Assembly: GCA_964016885.1 (NCBI GenBank)
Contig: OZ024741.1
Span: 166,594,001 to 166,658,000, forward strand
Length of the DNA stretch: 64,000 bases
Source: Eledone cirrhosa
Lineage: Eukaryota
Direction: 5' to 3'
This document shows, in pieces, positions 38,185 to 51,699 of the stretch (position 1 is the stretch's first letter; every line of letters begins with the position of its first letter). The translations under genes were made by a program, and so were the position numbers. The notes beneath the pieces were generated by a model, which made no database searches, was not told the origin of the DNA, and saw only the letters and a program-made list of their open reading frames with translations.

Positions 38185-39464
38185 TATATTTTTCATTTAA
38201 TTTGGATCTACTATATCATGTTTTGTATATAAAGACCTCTATTTTGTATAATACTTTAATGGGTATAGAAAAAACAATAGATTCAAAGTAAATGAAAAAT
38301 ATATTGTGTGTGTATATATATATAAATACATATCGAAAGATAAATAAATAGAGGGAGTAAGGGTGTGAGAGTGAGTGTGTAAGAGAGAGATAGTAGGGAT
38401 ATATATGGTATGAAAAACCATTTGTTCGCCTGAGCGAAGAAAATTGTTTTACCGCTTGAAGGGAGGTAACTGTAAAAAACAGTTAGGAAATATTCATTAT
38501 CATTAAGTATATTCAAGAGAGATTAACTCTTGAATTGATAGGTGTTGATGGTTTTAGACAATTTAGATTCCGTTAAATGTAGAAGGCGCGTGGCTTTGTG
38601 GTTAGGGAATTCGGCTCAAGATCGTAAGGTCGTAAGTTCAATTCCCGCGGCGCACTGTACTGTATTCTTTATTTCATGTTGCTCTAGTTCACTCAGCTGG
38701 CAAAAATGAGTTGTACCTGTAATCTGAAGGGCCTGCCTTGTCACATTCTGTGTCACGCCGAATCTCCCTGAGAAATACGTTATGGGTATGCTTCTTTGTG
38801 GAATGCTGAGCCACTTGCACGTTAATTTCACAAGCAGGCTGTTCTGTTGATTGGATCAACCTGAACAGTCGTCGTCGTAACCGACGGAGTAGAATCCGTA
38901 TGTAGAAGAAATACATGTTTGGAGAGATGTCATCATCATCATCATCATCATCATTATCATTATCATTCCTACTGTTTTATGTCCGTGTTCCACGTTGGAC
39001 GAGTTGTTATGTTCTGAGACTATACAATACAATGTAGATGACCACGTCCTGCTCATACATTCTAGTTTGGCATAATTTCTACAGCTGGATATATTTCCTA
39101 ATGCCAACACCCACAGTAAGCTGGATGCATTTTATTGTTGTACCAGCATTACCCCTTTACAGAGTGGATTGGGTGTATTTTATCGTGGCACCAACACTAC
39201 CACATTACATAATGTGTAAATGTAATTACAGCTATTATAGAGATGTCAGATTCAACATCATCATCATTGTCATCATCACTGTATTATGTCCATATCGCTC
39301 ACTGGCATGGGTTGGACGAGCTGCCACATACAGGGACTAGACAAGTCAGATGACCACGTCTTGCTCACACATTCTTGTTTGGCATGCTTTTATTGTGGCA
39401 CTAGCACTACTACTTTACAGAATGACTGTATATATGTAATTATAGCTAAGGCGTTTCCCGGCAG

Positions 39465-41110
39465 AGCTGTTCTGAGAGGTGGCAGATAGTGATATGGCCA
39501 CAAGATATGATGGCTAGTTGTGATATAAGTGGGCTCTTGCCAAACGAATAAGCAAACTTGGATCAACATCAGTAAACTAGTAGGGAAAATGAAGGCAATG
39601 GATCATACTTACTATTAGCTTCCAAGAAAATTCTCACAACCCAGTAATGTAGCTACGGCAAGGTGAGTAAAGGCTACCCCTAAAAAGGTTTCATCTTTGC
39701 GGGCTTGAGAAACCTATCAAATTGTTGACTGGCATGAATAAGACCACCAATACACTGCAATATGTCTAAACCCAACAAAGACAGTCAAATAAAGTGTTCT
39801 GGCAAACCATCTGCTGACTTCATAATATGAAATTGTCCTCCATTCCTGTTATCAGGAATGCATCTAAGGTTCTCCTCTCTTCAGAGAGGTGTATCCTGGT
39901 GAAGTGGATCTCCTAAACTCAGTCACAACAGCATCTTCTCATGTGCATGAGGTGCATTTGGAAGCGACGAAACACCTCTCAAAAGCGGAGGTCACAAAAG
40001 CAATTACAAAACTCTAATGTGGCATGGCTGTAGGGAGGATGAAATTCAGTCTGAGATGTTAAAAGCCTTCAATAGAGAAGGTATTCTCTTACTGACTTAT
40101 GTGTGCTGGGTGGCCTAGATATCTGGAAAGGCAATTAAGCAATGGTAATCAGGAGTGATAATCCCAATTTTCTAAAAAGGAGACAATAGAGATTGCTTCA
40201 ATTATGAAGGATCTCCTTATTAAGCCTCCCCAGTATAAGTTTTTACCCTGGACACAGTACCATTGACCAATTATTTACACAAGTGACAAGTCATTATGAA
40301 ATCATGGGAGTATTGCTAAGGGGTATTTTAAGGATTGTTTTGTTAACCTTGAAAAGGCATATGACTGCATTGTCTGAGACTTGTGGAAGGTTCTGCAGGA
40401 TTGATAGACAGCTTCTTGTTTCCTTGATGTCTCTATAAAAATGCCCTTGTATTTATATTCGGATAAATGGTGCTAAGACAAAATCATTCAATGTGGATTT
40501 TGGACTCCATTTATAGTACATACTGTCACCTCCTCTGTTCATTATCTTCATGGACAAGATTTACATGCACAGCTGGGTTGGATGTGGTTTCAAGACTGGC
40601 GGCTGTAGGATCAATTGGCTGGGATTTGCAGATGATAGAGTACTACTTAACTCTTCAGAAGGTGATCTCCAACAAGCAATTGATAGGTTTGATGTTTAGT
40701 GCTGCATGGCTGGAATGAAAATCGATGTCACAAAGAGTGAAACACTCATTGTGTCAAGGAAGCCTATGGAGTTCTCTCTACATGTTAATGGAGTTCCACT
40801 GAAGTACGTGGAGAAGTTCAAGTATCTTGGGGCCATGCTCATGAGTGATGAAAGGCAGAAGGCTGAATTAAGTGCAAGAATTGCATGAGTTGGTGCTATA
40901 ATGTGCCAACTTCAGAATTTGGTCATCAGAAGAAGGGAGATAGATGTAAAAACCAAACTCGCTATCTTCAATTCAGTATTCAAGCCAACCCTTACCTATT
41001 GTCATGAATCTTGAGTAATAACCAGAAGAATACGATCGTGAATACAAGCAGCCAAAATGTGGTTCCACCAAAAGGTCTTTGGAGCAATGTTACTCAATAG
41101 AGAATAAATG
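39465..41110 (+). mobile_element. Degenerate RTE LINE (probable 5' UTR plus RT remnants). The 5' part recurs at ~17445-17760.
   Basis: KGD..DCFNY, NLEKAYD, FADD, GMKIDVTKSE and VEKFKYLG remnants. A dispersed direct copy of the upstream ~300 bp exists. Confidence 0.75.
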
Positions 41111-41285
41111 AGTGAAGAAGAAGCTAAGGTGTAGATATAATTCTATATATAACTATGAAGAGTATACAATTATATATATATATATAGCTTTGGAGGATGT
41201 AGATTCCGACCAGCTGCCACTGGAGAAGATCACAAACATTTTAACATAATTATCATTATATAAATACTGAAATGTTGTTTCTTAC

Positions 41286-41469
41286 CATTATTGAAGCACT
41301 TATCAGAGCTTTGTTCTCAAAGGCATAATGCAGACTCTTAAAGAGTTCTGCTTCCTTTTCCAGAGATCTGTGTTCACTTATTCTGATACTTTCTCCCACA
41401 CCTCCAGTCATGTCAACCAGGGCATCTCGAGCTTTTCCTCCTAATAATGCTTCGTAGGATCCAAACAAT
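41286..41469 (-). CDS. CAPN5: Calpain exon 4 (LFGSYEALLGGKARDALVDMTGGVGE...ALISASIM)
   Basis: GSYEAL and DxTGG motifs. ggtag acceptor, ATG|gtaag donor. Phase matches exon 3. Confidence 0.95.
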
Positions 41470-41663
41470 CTACCAAAATATTGAAATAATATTGTAAATG
41501 ATGATTTCTTTGTTTGTCTTATATTTAAAAAAAAAAATATTCTTCAAGTGTAGGAGACAGTAAATATAAGGTTTGGTGGTATTTATGCTTTTAGCAAGGT
41601 ATATTATTGCTAGTGTTGTTGATGATTATGACACACACACACACACACACACACACACATCTA

Positions 41664-41763
41664 TAGGGTGTCCAAAAAAATGTATACACACTTCAATATC
41701 ATTCTAATAAATATTGCCTGTAGAGGTAATCAAAGTGTGTATACATTTTTGGGGGACATCCTG
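41664..41763. mobile_element. 100-bp Tc1/mariner-type MITE
   Basis: ~30-bp TIRs AGGGTGTCCAAAAAAATGTATACACACTT / AAGTGTGTATACATTTTTGGGGGACATCCTG, flanked by TA. Confidence 0.8.
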
Positions 41764-41809
<46 letters not shown>

Positions 41810-42622
41810 CATGGTCATAAGGAACATTATATCTTTATTATGTATAGAAATTACTTCTACCGGACTAGAACTGTTTCATACAAATGAAATCATTATACAA
41901 ATGAAAGTCCTGTAGAATTCATTTCTATATATAATAAAGATGTCTATACTCTACCAATGTATTGAGTACTTTTTTATCTGTGGTTACCCCACCCTGGTAC
42001 AACATAAGGTTAGACATTTCAATATTTCTTCCAAATGTTAAATTTTGAGTATTGAATGTTCGACTTTGTATCACAAATCAGCTATTATTTGCTTGTATAT
42101 ATGTATATATGTATATATGTATATATGCATAAACCTTGTTATGTTTATATGGGTATACACGGGGTATACACAGGGATAAAGGTGTAAGTGTGTCTACATA
42201 TATATATGTATGTGCTTGTATGTATATTCATGTGTGTGCATGCACATGCACAGATATATGTGTACACATTCACACACACACACACACATATACATCATAC
42301 TATGCCCCCTACCCACACATACCTACCATCTACTCAACCCCTCCACCGGACCCCCCCCACACCCATCACTACTCCTCCTCCCATTTTCCTCTTTAATTTT
42401 CTTTCTAATTTTATTTCAAAAAACTTTTTTATTTTTTATTTTCTTTACACTTTTCCTCTTGTGTTTTTCCTGATGAAGAGCAAATGCGCGATACGTTGAC
42501 TACGCAACTCACTCTCTTTCTTTTAAGCGTGAAACTAATATGACTTTTGTTTGTTCGTTTCTTGTTTTATATATATATATATATATTGGCTTTTTGCTAC
42601 AATATTTTCTATACCTTTCATT

Positions 42623-42662
<40 letters not shown>

Positions 42663-42774
42663 GTGTGTATGCATACAAATATATTAATATATAAAACAAA
42701 GAGGGTGTGGTAAGATACCAGGTGGACCATAACACACCAGAGTACTCGATACTTGGGGTAGTAGAGTGGGTAAC

Positions 42775-42895
42775 ATGAAAAGATTAAGGACCCCAACAGC
42801 TGAGCTCTGGCTGTTTTGACAGTTAGATCCAAACTGTTCGGATCTAACTGTCAAAACAGCCAGAGTTCAGCTGTCGAGGTCCTTAATCTTTTCAT
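42775..42895. repeat. Near-perfect fold-back (~56-bp arms, ~9-nt loop)
   Basis: ATGAAAAGATTAAGGACC...GACAGTTAGATCC / GGATCTAACTGTC...GGTCCTTAATCTTTTCAT. Confidence 0.9.
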
Positions 42896-43317
42896 ATATA
42901 TATAGATATATATATATATATATTGAAGAGGATGATAATGATGATGATTTATATATATATATATATATATATAAGATCATGGATGATGATAATTGGATGA
43001 AGTGCCAAGAGACCCCAGCAGAAGGAGGTTACAGCAGAGGAAGATTGAGGACAGAAATGGTGTGAGATGATCTCAAAATAGGCATGGAGAATCAGGCATA
43101 AAATGTTTATGATGACGGAAGAGGCTTCACAGAATGTTTTAAAACTGATTGAACACAATCAAATATCAATTTATATTTCAAAATTGAAAAATTAATTTCG
43201 AAAATAGTTTAACACTTAAATTACATTAATCATTTGGTTAAAGATAAAACCTGCTCAGCCTCTTTGAGAAATAAAGATAATGTAAGAATTCTTCATAAAA
43301 TGAACAACTGAGCTTAC

Positions 43318-43520
43318 TTTGCATATGCCTTTTCAAGTAAAGGACTCCAAAATTCATTCTTTATTATTGAGTGTGCAAAGATGAGTTTTCCATTATTTGT
43401 TGGCAGTAAATCATCAATAACCACTTCGGTCCAACCACCCATCTGCCAGAATTTGAAGCGGAAAATGCCTACATAGTTATTCTCACTACACCATTCTTGG
43501 TCTTTACAATTTGGAATAAC
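43318..43520 (-). CDS. CAPN5: Calpain exon 3 ([10 protein letters not shown]...[26 protein letters not shown]...[14 protein letters not shown])
   Basis: Canonical CysPc motifs. ttcag acceptor, AA|gtaag donor (phase 2). Confidence 0.95.
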
Positions 43521-43784
43521 CTGAACAACAAAGATATTATATATGAATGAAGCTAAAACAATTTACTGGTAAAGCCTATAAGTAACTGTAAAGAGGTCCA
43601 CTAAAGACTTTTACCTGCCATAGAGTGTCTAAGAAATGTCAGTCTAATGTACGGTAGATGTTCTCAAAATTATTTTGTCATGGAACCCTTGTACAATTTT
43701 CTAGAAAATTGCAGGACACATATCTATACTTTATAGATATTTCTTATCATTCTGACATGAAAAAGTCAATCTTGCAAAATAAGG

Positions 43785-43990
43785 ATATTTAAAAGATGGG
43801 GACGTTGTGTGTGACTGCGGCATCGAACCACAGACTATGCAGCACCTCCTGATATTCCCCTTGCTGGAACACCCCTGCACAGCATTGGACTTGGCAGAGT
43901 TTAATGAGAAAGATAGCAATGTGTTCAGCTGTGGTGGAACCACATCTAGCCAAACTCTGTAACTGACACTCTTGTGGACACAACAAGAAA
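43785..43990 (+). mobile_element. LINE C-terminal zinc-knuckle remnant (RTE-X/I-group-like)
   Basis: The plus frame reads CDCGIEPQTMQHLL. Confidence 0.55.
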
Positions 43991-45037
43991 AAGACCATCC
44001 TAATTTTAATAAAACATTGAATAAAACAGAAAGAATGTTTTCATGGAATCTACTTTGAGGAAATACTAGTCTAGTGGATCTATCCCTGCAGTAAAATTAT
44101 CACTTAGAACTGCAACCCAGCAAAACATTAATTAATTATGCAGTAATCTTGTAGTATGTCTTCTTAATATATGTTTCTTGGTGGCATGTATGTTTTGGTG
44201 GGGGGGGGGGGGGTTGTCAGAGGAGGAAAGGCGACTCCTATGAAACTTTACAAGACCCCCACCCCCAAGACTTGTATGGTGATAGAAGAAAGTTATCCTT
44301 AGAATACAGGCCTGGCTCTTGTATGATGATGGGAGTAAATTATCTTTTGAATGTAGAGCTGGTCTAAATGTTTGCAATGAACTGGATTACAGTAAAAGTA
44401 CCCAAGGGCCAAATGATGATGTTAAACTGGGTAATGAATAAAATCTACCATACAAAATTTTTTTTTTTTAAATCAATCTGAAAAGTGATAAATTCTAACA
44501 AATGCAAAATCTCTTATGTAAAATATTTTAACGTTTGATACAACACAGCAGGAAATTCTTAACAAATTTGACATTCTCTAAACTGGACAAAAATGGAAAA
44601 AAGTTTAAATTTAAATAGGTACACTTATTCAGTATAAATAGTCAAGGAGGGAAAGGCAGTGCCCTTGAACTTTTCCGGGGCCTCTGAGACAATGAAAGGA
44701 AAGAAGGCATCTTCAAGTCATAGATTTGCTCCAAATGCACGCAATAGAGTGGACTCCACTATAGATAGCAAAAGTAGTGTTAAATTGGGCAACAGATTAA
44801 GTCTACTACAGGCAACAGCGAGATTTGAACTCAGAATACAAACAGTCAATATAAATACTACAAGGTATCTCAACCGACATTCTAACAATTCCACCAATCC
44901 ACTGCTCCTAGACTATTGCTTTATTTTATCAACTTTGAAAGGATGAAAGGCAAAGTTAACCTTGGTAGAATTTGAACAAATATTACAAGATGCTCTAAAT
45001 ACTGTCAATTTGCCACCTGTTGAAACAATTCCTTCAT

Positions 45038-45266
45038 TTAACCCTTTACATTATAAACCGGCCGTATCTGGCCAGAATTCTTTCACCTCTTTCTGTTCAA
45101 ACTGGCCGTAATTGGCCACTCATACCAATGTTAAAGTATTGTTTTCAAAATATATAACATCAAAACCTCGTAGCTTTAATATTATGTGAGATAATTATGT
45201 GAGATATAGCCTTTACCATGAAAATACAATAGTAAATATCAAGTAATGTAAATGCTAAAGAGTTAA
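45038..45266. mobile_element. TTAA MITE copy 5
   Basis: Same TIRs and body. Confidence 0.8.
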
Positions 45267-45796
45267 GCTCCATTTTACATTTGTGCCCTTCTAAGGAGAC
45301 AATAACAAACAAGATCTTTCAGTTTTAACTCGTTTGATGCCAAACCACTTGAAACTATCTCTTGTTTTCTGATACAAATCTATTCATTTTAAGAACCTTC
45401 TATCATATTTATGTGAGGGAATTTTGTTAATTTATGCTCCAAACACCAACATAATGAATTGTATTATTAAATCCCTCCAAATTTTGATTATTTTCAAAAT
45501 TATTTGAAAATCACAAGCAATGTATTTCATGAGAAATATGGTAACAAAAGGGTTAAAGTGTTTATATTTAGCTAAAACCTTTTCCTCATAATTTTCTGTA
45601 AGAGCCTTTGTTAAGTTATGTTCCAAACTTAATAATGAGGAAATTAGATGTATCAAATCTCTCCAAATTCTTGATTATTTTCAAAATTATTTGAAAACCT
45701 CAGGCAGTGTCTTTCATAAGAAATATGGAAAGAAAAGGATTAAACCATGTCTTCATCATTATAATATGTATTTAGTTGCATTAGATTTCAACTTAC

Positions 45797-45928
45797 TCTC
45801 TTCAATAAATCAGGGTGTGCAGCTACAGAGGCACAAGCTGACACAAACCAGCAATTTCCTAAACAGCCTTGAACAAAATCTTCAGCACTTGCAGACCCTG
45901 TAAAGAATTTAGGATTGCCACAAATGTC
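45797..45928 (-). CDS. CAPN5: Calpain exon 2 with catalytic Cys (DICGNPKFFTGSASAEDFVQGCLGNCWFVSACASVAAHPDLLKR)
   Basis: Manual translation, not in the ORF track. QGxxGNCWF motif, ttttgcag acceptor, gtaagt donor, 132 nt. Confidence 0.95.
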
Positions 45929-46897
45929 CTGCAAAATAGATTAAAAAGAGAAGAGAATCTAAACATACATTTCTAAGGAATGAGAAGTCTGGAATGTTGC
46001 AGGATTGTAAACCTATTAGAGTGGTTAAAAGGTATATAAAAATCAGAGGATGATGATGATGATGATGGTGGTCGAGGTGGTGGTGATGGTGGTAGTGTTG
46101 GTAGAGTTGTGGTGGTGGGGTGTTGGTAAGGTGGTAGTAAGGTGATAATGCAAATGGTGAAATCCCTATGAATTAATGAGACATACATGAATTTATATTT
46201 GTCATAATGTTTATAAACAGTGAATTATATCTCTATGGTACCTACTAACAGCCAGACAGACAGAGTATTTGTCAAGGATAGCATGCACAACTGATGAATA
46301 AATACAAACTTAGTTAATGATAATACAACACACATTTATTGCTGTGGACAACATATATGTATATATTGCAGTAAATATTGTGGCTCTTGGGAATTCTATA
46401 TTTGCCAGGGATACAGCACAGTATTGGTGGTGAACCATAAAATAACAATGATATGATATAGGAGGAAGGGCATGTTATATTTTTGTAAAAGATTGTTTAT
46501 CCTTTGTCTATCTGAACGCTATCGACTAGCTTTTGAATAAATTATGTTCATAACCTTAAAGTTGTTGAGTACTAAACATGAAACTATAGCATAGAAAATG
46601 CTATATACACTAAATATATCAACAGTGGAAGTAGCACATCATCATCATCATCATGGTCATCGTCATCATCATCATCACCATCACCATCACCATCACTGTT
46701 GCCAGCAGTAGCACAACCATTACCACGTTGGTTATACTAACAGAGCTGATTGTTTTTAAAGTGTTTATATTTATCTAAAAATCTTCTATATAATTTCATG
46801 AACAAAGCTTTGTTATCCTATATTCTAAACATCAACTTAATAATGAAAAAGTTAGATATATTACTAAATTCCTCCAAATTCTTGATTATTTTCAAAA

Positions 46898-47378
46898 CTA
46901 GCTGGCCCCATGCTGTCAAAAATGACGGCTAATTCTAGTATTTTATAAATAAAAAGGGTAGAAAACCAAGTTTTCAGTTTAATAATTCTTTTATTACAAA
47001 ATGTTTCATAGATAAACTATCTGCAACTAATATACTAAACCAAGATAATATCTTGGTGTGCTTATGTATACATTTATACGTATGAGTATATAAATATAAA
47101 CACAGAAACACACATACACTCACACAAGTATAAATATATTCACACAAACACACATACACTCACACAAGTGATATAAACACACAAACAAAAATAATAGCCA
47201 ATTCGCTACAAATACACTCACACAAGTGTAACACATCTTACACATCTTAGAACGCTGGTCGCTGTTTTCTATAGTTTGCCACCACCCCCTTCCTTCCTCA
47301 GTCATTTCCCTTTCAGTGAGTGACAGACAAATATATATATATAAATAAATATACACACTTTCGCTATATTATAATTGA
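46898..47378 (-). mobile_element. Non-autonomous Helitron inserted into a MITE remnant
   Basis: 5' TCAATTATAATATAGCG. 3' GCCGTCA-TTTT-TGACAGC hairpin then CTAG|T. The flanks ttttcaaaa|tgatttgaaaat restore the motif seen at ~45490 and ~45680. Confidence 0.7.
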
Positions 47379-48514
47379 TGATTTGAAAATGATAGATCGT
47401 ACCTTTTATTCGTCATAGACCCCCATCGGTCACTAGTGACCTTGGTTTTGCACCTAGAAAGTTTCCCTCCGAGGCATAAGACTGGGTAAAGTTTGTTTTG
47501 TGGAAGACCAGCAGTCATATATGCATACCACTCTCCTCACTCCACACCACCAATGTTGTCCAAAGGAAAGGCACTGGCCAATACAGCTTGGCACCTGTCA
47601 CCACAACTCATTTCTACAACTGAGTGAACTGGAGCAATGTGAAATAAAATGTCTTGCTCAAGAACACAACACACTGCCTGGTCTGGGACTTGAACTCACA
47701 ACCTTACAACTGTGAGCTCAATGTTCTAACAACTAAGCCACATGCCTTCATCTTTTATTAGAAATATGGTAACAAAAGGTTTAACAAGTGGTTTGAGAGC
47801 TAGCACAATTGAGTCAAAGTGGTTGGCCATTGTTCCAGGAAACGTTTGAGAGCTTGTTACAATTGAGTCAAAGTGGTTGTCTATTGTTCCAGGAAAAGTT
47901 ATGAAAAACTTACTCATCCAACAACACAAGTTGTAGATTTATAAAACTCAATGGTGATACATGACTAACTTTTGATACTGTTATCATCATCATCACCATA
48001 ATTTTACATCTGCTTTCCACACTAGCATGGGTTGGACAGGTTGTCATGATTCAAAACCAGATTGGCCAGGATCTTATCGACATTTCACATTTGACATGGT
48101 TTCTACTATTGGATAGCCTACAGGGTGGCCTCACCACTAACTATTTACATTGTATACTGAATACATTTTTCCCATGGCACTAGCACTACCACCTTACAGA
48201 GTGTATTGGGGGCATTTTATTGACATTTCATATGACAACACTAGAGAGGTTGTCACATCCTCATTGAGATTGAAGACTCCTCTTAACCTCTTCAGTGCCG
48301 TAGTCGAGATAACTTGTCCTAACATGTTTGAACTCATTTCCAACAGTTCATAATTTCAAAGCTAGATGGGGTTACTAGTTTATTGATGTGATTTTTGTCA
48401 ATCATTCAGATATGTGTTGTTAATAAATGTTTGTTTAAAAAAATAGTCATTTTACTGAAAAAGAACCAAGCACAACAACTGTAGCTGTGTAGAATATACA
48501 CAGCTGTCAAGAGG

Positions 48515-48720
48515 TTAACACTTTAGCATTTAAATCAGCCGTATCTGGCCAGAAATCTCTCACCTCCTCCTTTTCAAACCACCCATAACCGGCCACTCAT
48601 ACTGATGTTAAGGTATTGTTCTCAAAATAAATAATATCAAAATCTCATAGATCCGATATTATGTGAGATAATTATATGAGATAAAGCTTTTACCATGAAA
48701 GTATAATAGTAAATATAGAA
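48515..48720. mobile_element. TTAA MITE copy 6, truncated by a SINE
   Basis: Same body. The right TIR is replaced by a family A SINE. Confidence 0.75.
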
Positions 48721-48898
48721 TAATTGTTTCTACGTTTGGCAAAAGGCCAGCAATTACCCAGTGCAATACTGGTACTTTATTTTATCGACCCCGTAAGGAT
48801 GAAAGGCAAAGTTAACCTCGGCGGGATTTGAACTCAGACCATAAAGAGTCATAACTCTTTGCTGCAAAGCATGGCATCCGACCCTCTACCGATACTGC
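48721..48898 (-). mobile_element. SINE family A
   Basis: Consensus match. Confidence 0.85.
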
Positions 48899-48990
48899 AA
48901 ACCCTATATTCGATCACCAATGCTGTATACTTAAGTTTCTCGCCATACTTACTTATAGTAGAGAAAACAAATGTTTAAAAATATACTTAC

Positions 48991-49164
48991 TCCAGGTCTT
49001 TTCCATGTGATGACATTAGGAGGAGCTTTGCTATAGAACAGTATAGAGTCGTTTGCTGGGAACACTGGATCACTGAATAAGGTATTCTTGCTCTGACAAT
49101 TCTTACGTAATTTGCGGAACTTCTGATTTTTAAAATGAATTAATTTCGGCATCTTCTGGAACAT
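48991..49164 (-). CDS. CAPN5: Calpain-5/TRA-3-like, coding exon 1 (MFQKMPKLIHFKNQKF...LFSDPVFPANDSILFY...ITWKRPG)
   Basis: Calpain N-terminal LFxDPxFP and WKRP motifs. Ends GGA|gtaagt (phase 0). The start could be the second Met at 49152. Confidence 0.9.
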
Positions 49165-49904
49165 TAATTAAAAATTCATAGATTGTTAATTGCACAGGCA
49201 GTGTTTTTATATTTTCACATCTTCAAGAAATGACACTTCAACATGCTGTGTGTGTATTTATATGCATATATATGTATGTATAAGTATATATATATATATA
49301 TATATAAGTATATATATATATATAAGTATATATATATATATATATATATAATGTTTTTCACCCCTTTTGAATTCGTTACTGGCAGCGATCACTTTAAAAA
49401 CTTTCGTCCTAACTGAGGGAGTCTCTTGAAAAGCTCGAAGCCTCAGGGATAATATACGATTAGACATATCCACAACATGAGCAAAACTATCGATAGTCGG
49501 GACTAGAAGAATTTTGGTAAAGTTTATCTACATTTTTTTCTTCAAACTTACATTTTAGACTTAGCTCTGTTTAATCGATTATTTGTCTAGTTAATTTCTA
49601 CAGACTAAGAGGGAAGACTAGGTAAATTTTATCTGACTCTTCCTCACAGAAGAAAGTTACATTTTAAACTTAGCTCTGTTTAAATGATTATTTATCTAGT
49701 TGATTTCCACAGACTAAGGAGGAAGAGAATTGGATATATTTTGTCTGACTGTTCTTAAAACTTATAATTATATATATATATCAAAATTAACGGTCCTTTT
49801 CTTTCGTAGACAATATGTTCTTCACTCTGGTGGTTTTCTATCCCCTATGATTAAACACATACCTCTTTCTGTACTTCTCTCTATATGCTGATATATATCA
49901 TCAT

Positions 49905-50247
49905 TTCATCATCATTTCATTTTACGTCCGGTTTTCCTTGCTTGCAAGGGTGGGACGGGAACTGATTCTGGCTTGATTTCTACAGCTGGATGCCCTTCCT
50001 AACACCAACCTCATTTACAGTGAGTGCTGGTGGGTGCTTTTTTGCCGTGGCACCTCCACAACCACTTTACAGTGGAATGATAGGGACGCCAGTCCCTATC
50101 ATCTCATTTCTACAGCTGAGTAAACTGGAGCAATGGGAAATAAAGTGTCTTGCTCAAGGAAACAACACATCACCCAGTCTGAGAATTGAACTCACAACCT
50201 TTCGATTGCAAGGCCAATGCTCTAACCACTAAGCCATGTGCCTCCAT
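49905..50247 (-). mobile_element. Family B SINE with RTE-like tail
   Basis: Reverse complement of 4936-5280. Confidence 0.88.
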
Positions 50248-50692
50248 CTTATATATATATAATATATATAAAGAGTGAGAGAGAGAGATGACAAAGGGCT
50301 GTGAGGGCTTGAACTATGGTGTGTTGGTGAAGACATTTCTGCTACCCCAAAACGTGACCTCATCTGACCCATCCATGTATACACCCCACTATCACCCCTT
50401 AGTAGTTATCCTTAATATCACTGCAACTCCATCCCTTTACATACTCCCCACCATAACCTCCCCTGTTCCTGTAGTAACTGTTCTCAGCATCACTATACAG
50501 CCCAACCTGTACCTCTCCTAATCCAAACACTAAGGAATTATCCAGTCACAACCCACCCATCCTCCCACCCCCTCTAAATACTCCACTAAACTCTGACACA
50601 CAAGTCAGAGTTTCTTAGTAGCTGTTCCCAACACACTACCTTCCACACTGACAAAAATTACATAATCAACCAAAAGCCAACACAATGTATGT

Positions 50693-50907
50693 TTAACCCT
50701 TTAGCATTTACATTACAATATATATACTGTTATATTTTCAGAGTAAAAGCTATATCTCACATAATATCAAATCTATGAAATTTTGATATTATCTATTTTG
50801 AGAATAATACCTTAATGTTAGATGAGCAGCCTGTTACAGCCAGTTTGAACAGAAAGAGGTGAGAGAATTCTGGCCGGATACAGTTGGTTTAAATGCTAAA
50901 GGGTTAA
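50693..50907. mobile_element. TTAA MITE copy 7
   Basis: TTAACCCTTTAGCATTTA...TAAATGCTAAAGGGTTAA. Confidence 0.82.
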
Positions 50908-51391
50908 ACATAAAATATACAGAATAGGATAGACTTCCATTGGTTTTGTTACTGAGTGTTCCAGTCGTTTGATCAATTAAAATGCAAATGGCTGTGCATT
51001 CCATAGACAAGTGTACTCTTACTGTAATTCTCAGGGAGATTCAACATGACATTGAGTAACAAGGCTATCCCTTTGAATTACAAATACAACTTATTTTTGC
51101 CAGATGAGTAAACTGGAGCAACAGAAAATAAAATGTCTTGCTCAAAGATACATTGCACTTTCAGGAATCAAACTCATGATCTAATGATTGTGAACCAAAC
51201 ACCCTATGTGGTATATGTGGTATCTTGGGTCCTGGATCATGGACTCTGAGAAGGATTTTCCCACCAAAATGGCCCAAGCATGGTCAGCTTGCAACAAGAT
51301 GGATCGAGTTTGGCGCTGAAATCTCTCCAACCACACCAAGATCAGGCTCTTCCAAGTAACAATTCAACCAATCTTACTATATGGAAGTGAA

Positions 51392-51649
51392 CAGGGCTGG
51401 ATTTAGATTTGATGAGGCCCTAAGCTATTTGAGATAATGGGGCCCTTTATATGTTATAAAAAATGTTATAAAAACTGCAAAACATTCAATATTAAAGCAG
51501 AAAACTGTTTAAAACTATTGCATTATTTTAGTTCTTTATTATCTTATATTTTGGAAATGTACACACCATTTTTTCAATTTTTTCGGGGCCCCAAGAAAGT
51601 GGGGGCCGTAAGCTATAGCTTGTTTAGCTTATACGTAAATCCCACTCTG
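51392..51649. mobile_element. hAT-type MITE
   Basis: TIR CAGGGCTGGATTTA / TAAATCCCACTCTG with a perfect 8-bp TSD GAAGTGAA. Confidence 0.85.
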
Positions 51650-51699
51650 GAAGTGAAACATGGAGACTTTCATCCAAACAACAAAAGTACCTTGATGGC

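Noticed and set aside
47805-47895. ~49-bp tandem duplication (and a ~110-bp duplication at 49500-49750)
   Set aside because: Ordinary local duplications with no further structure.
49378-49470. Hammerhead-like structure upstream of the calpain ATG (CTGAGG...GACGAAA on minus)
   Set aside because: Lacks the CUGANGA core and convincing stems I and III.
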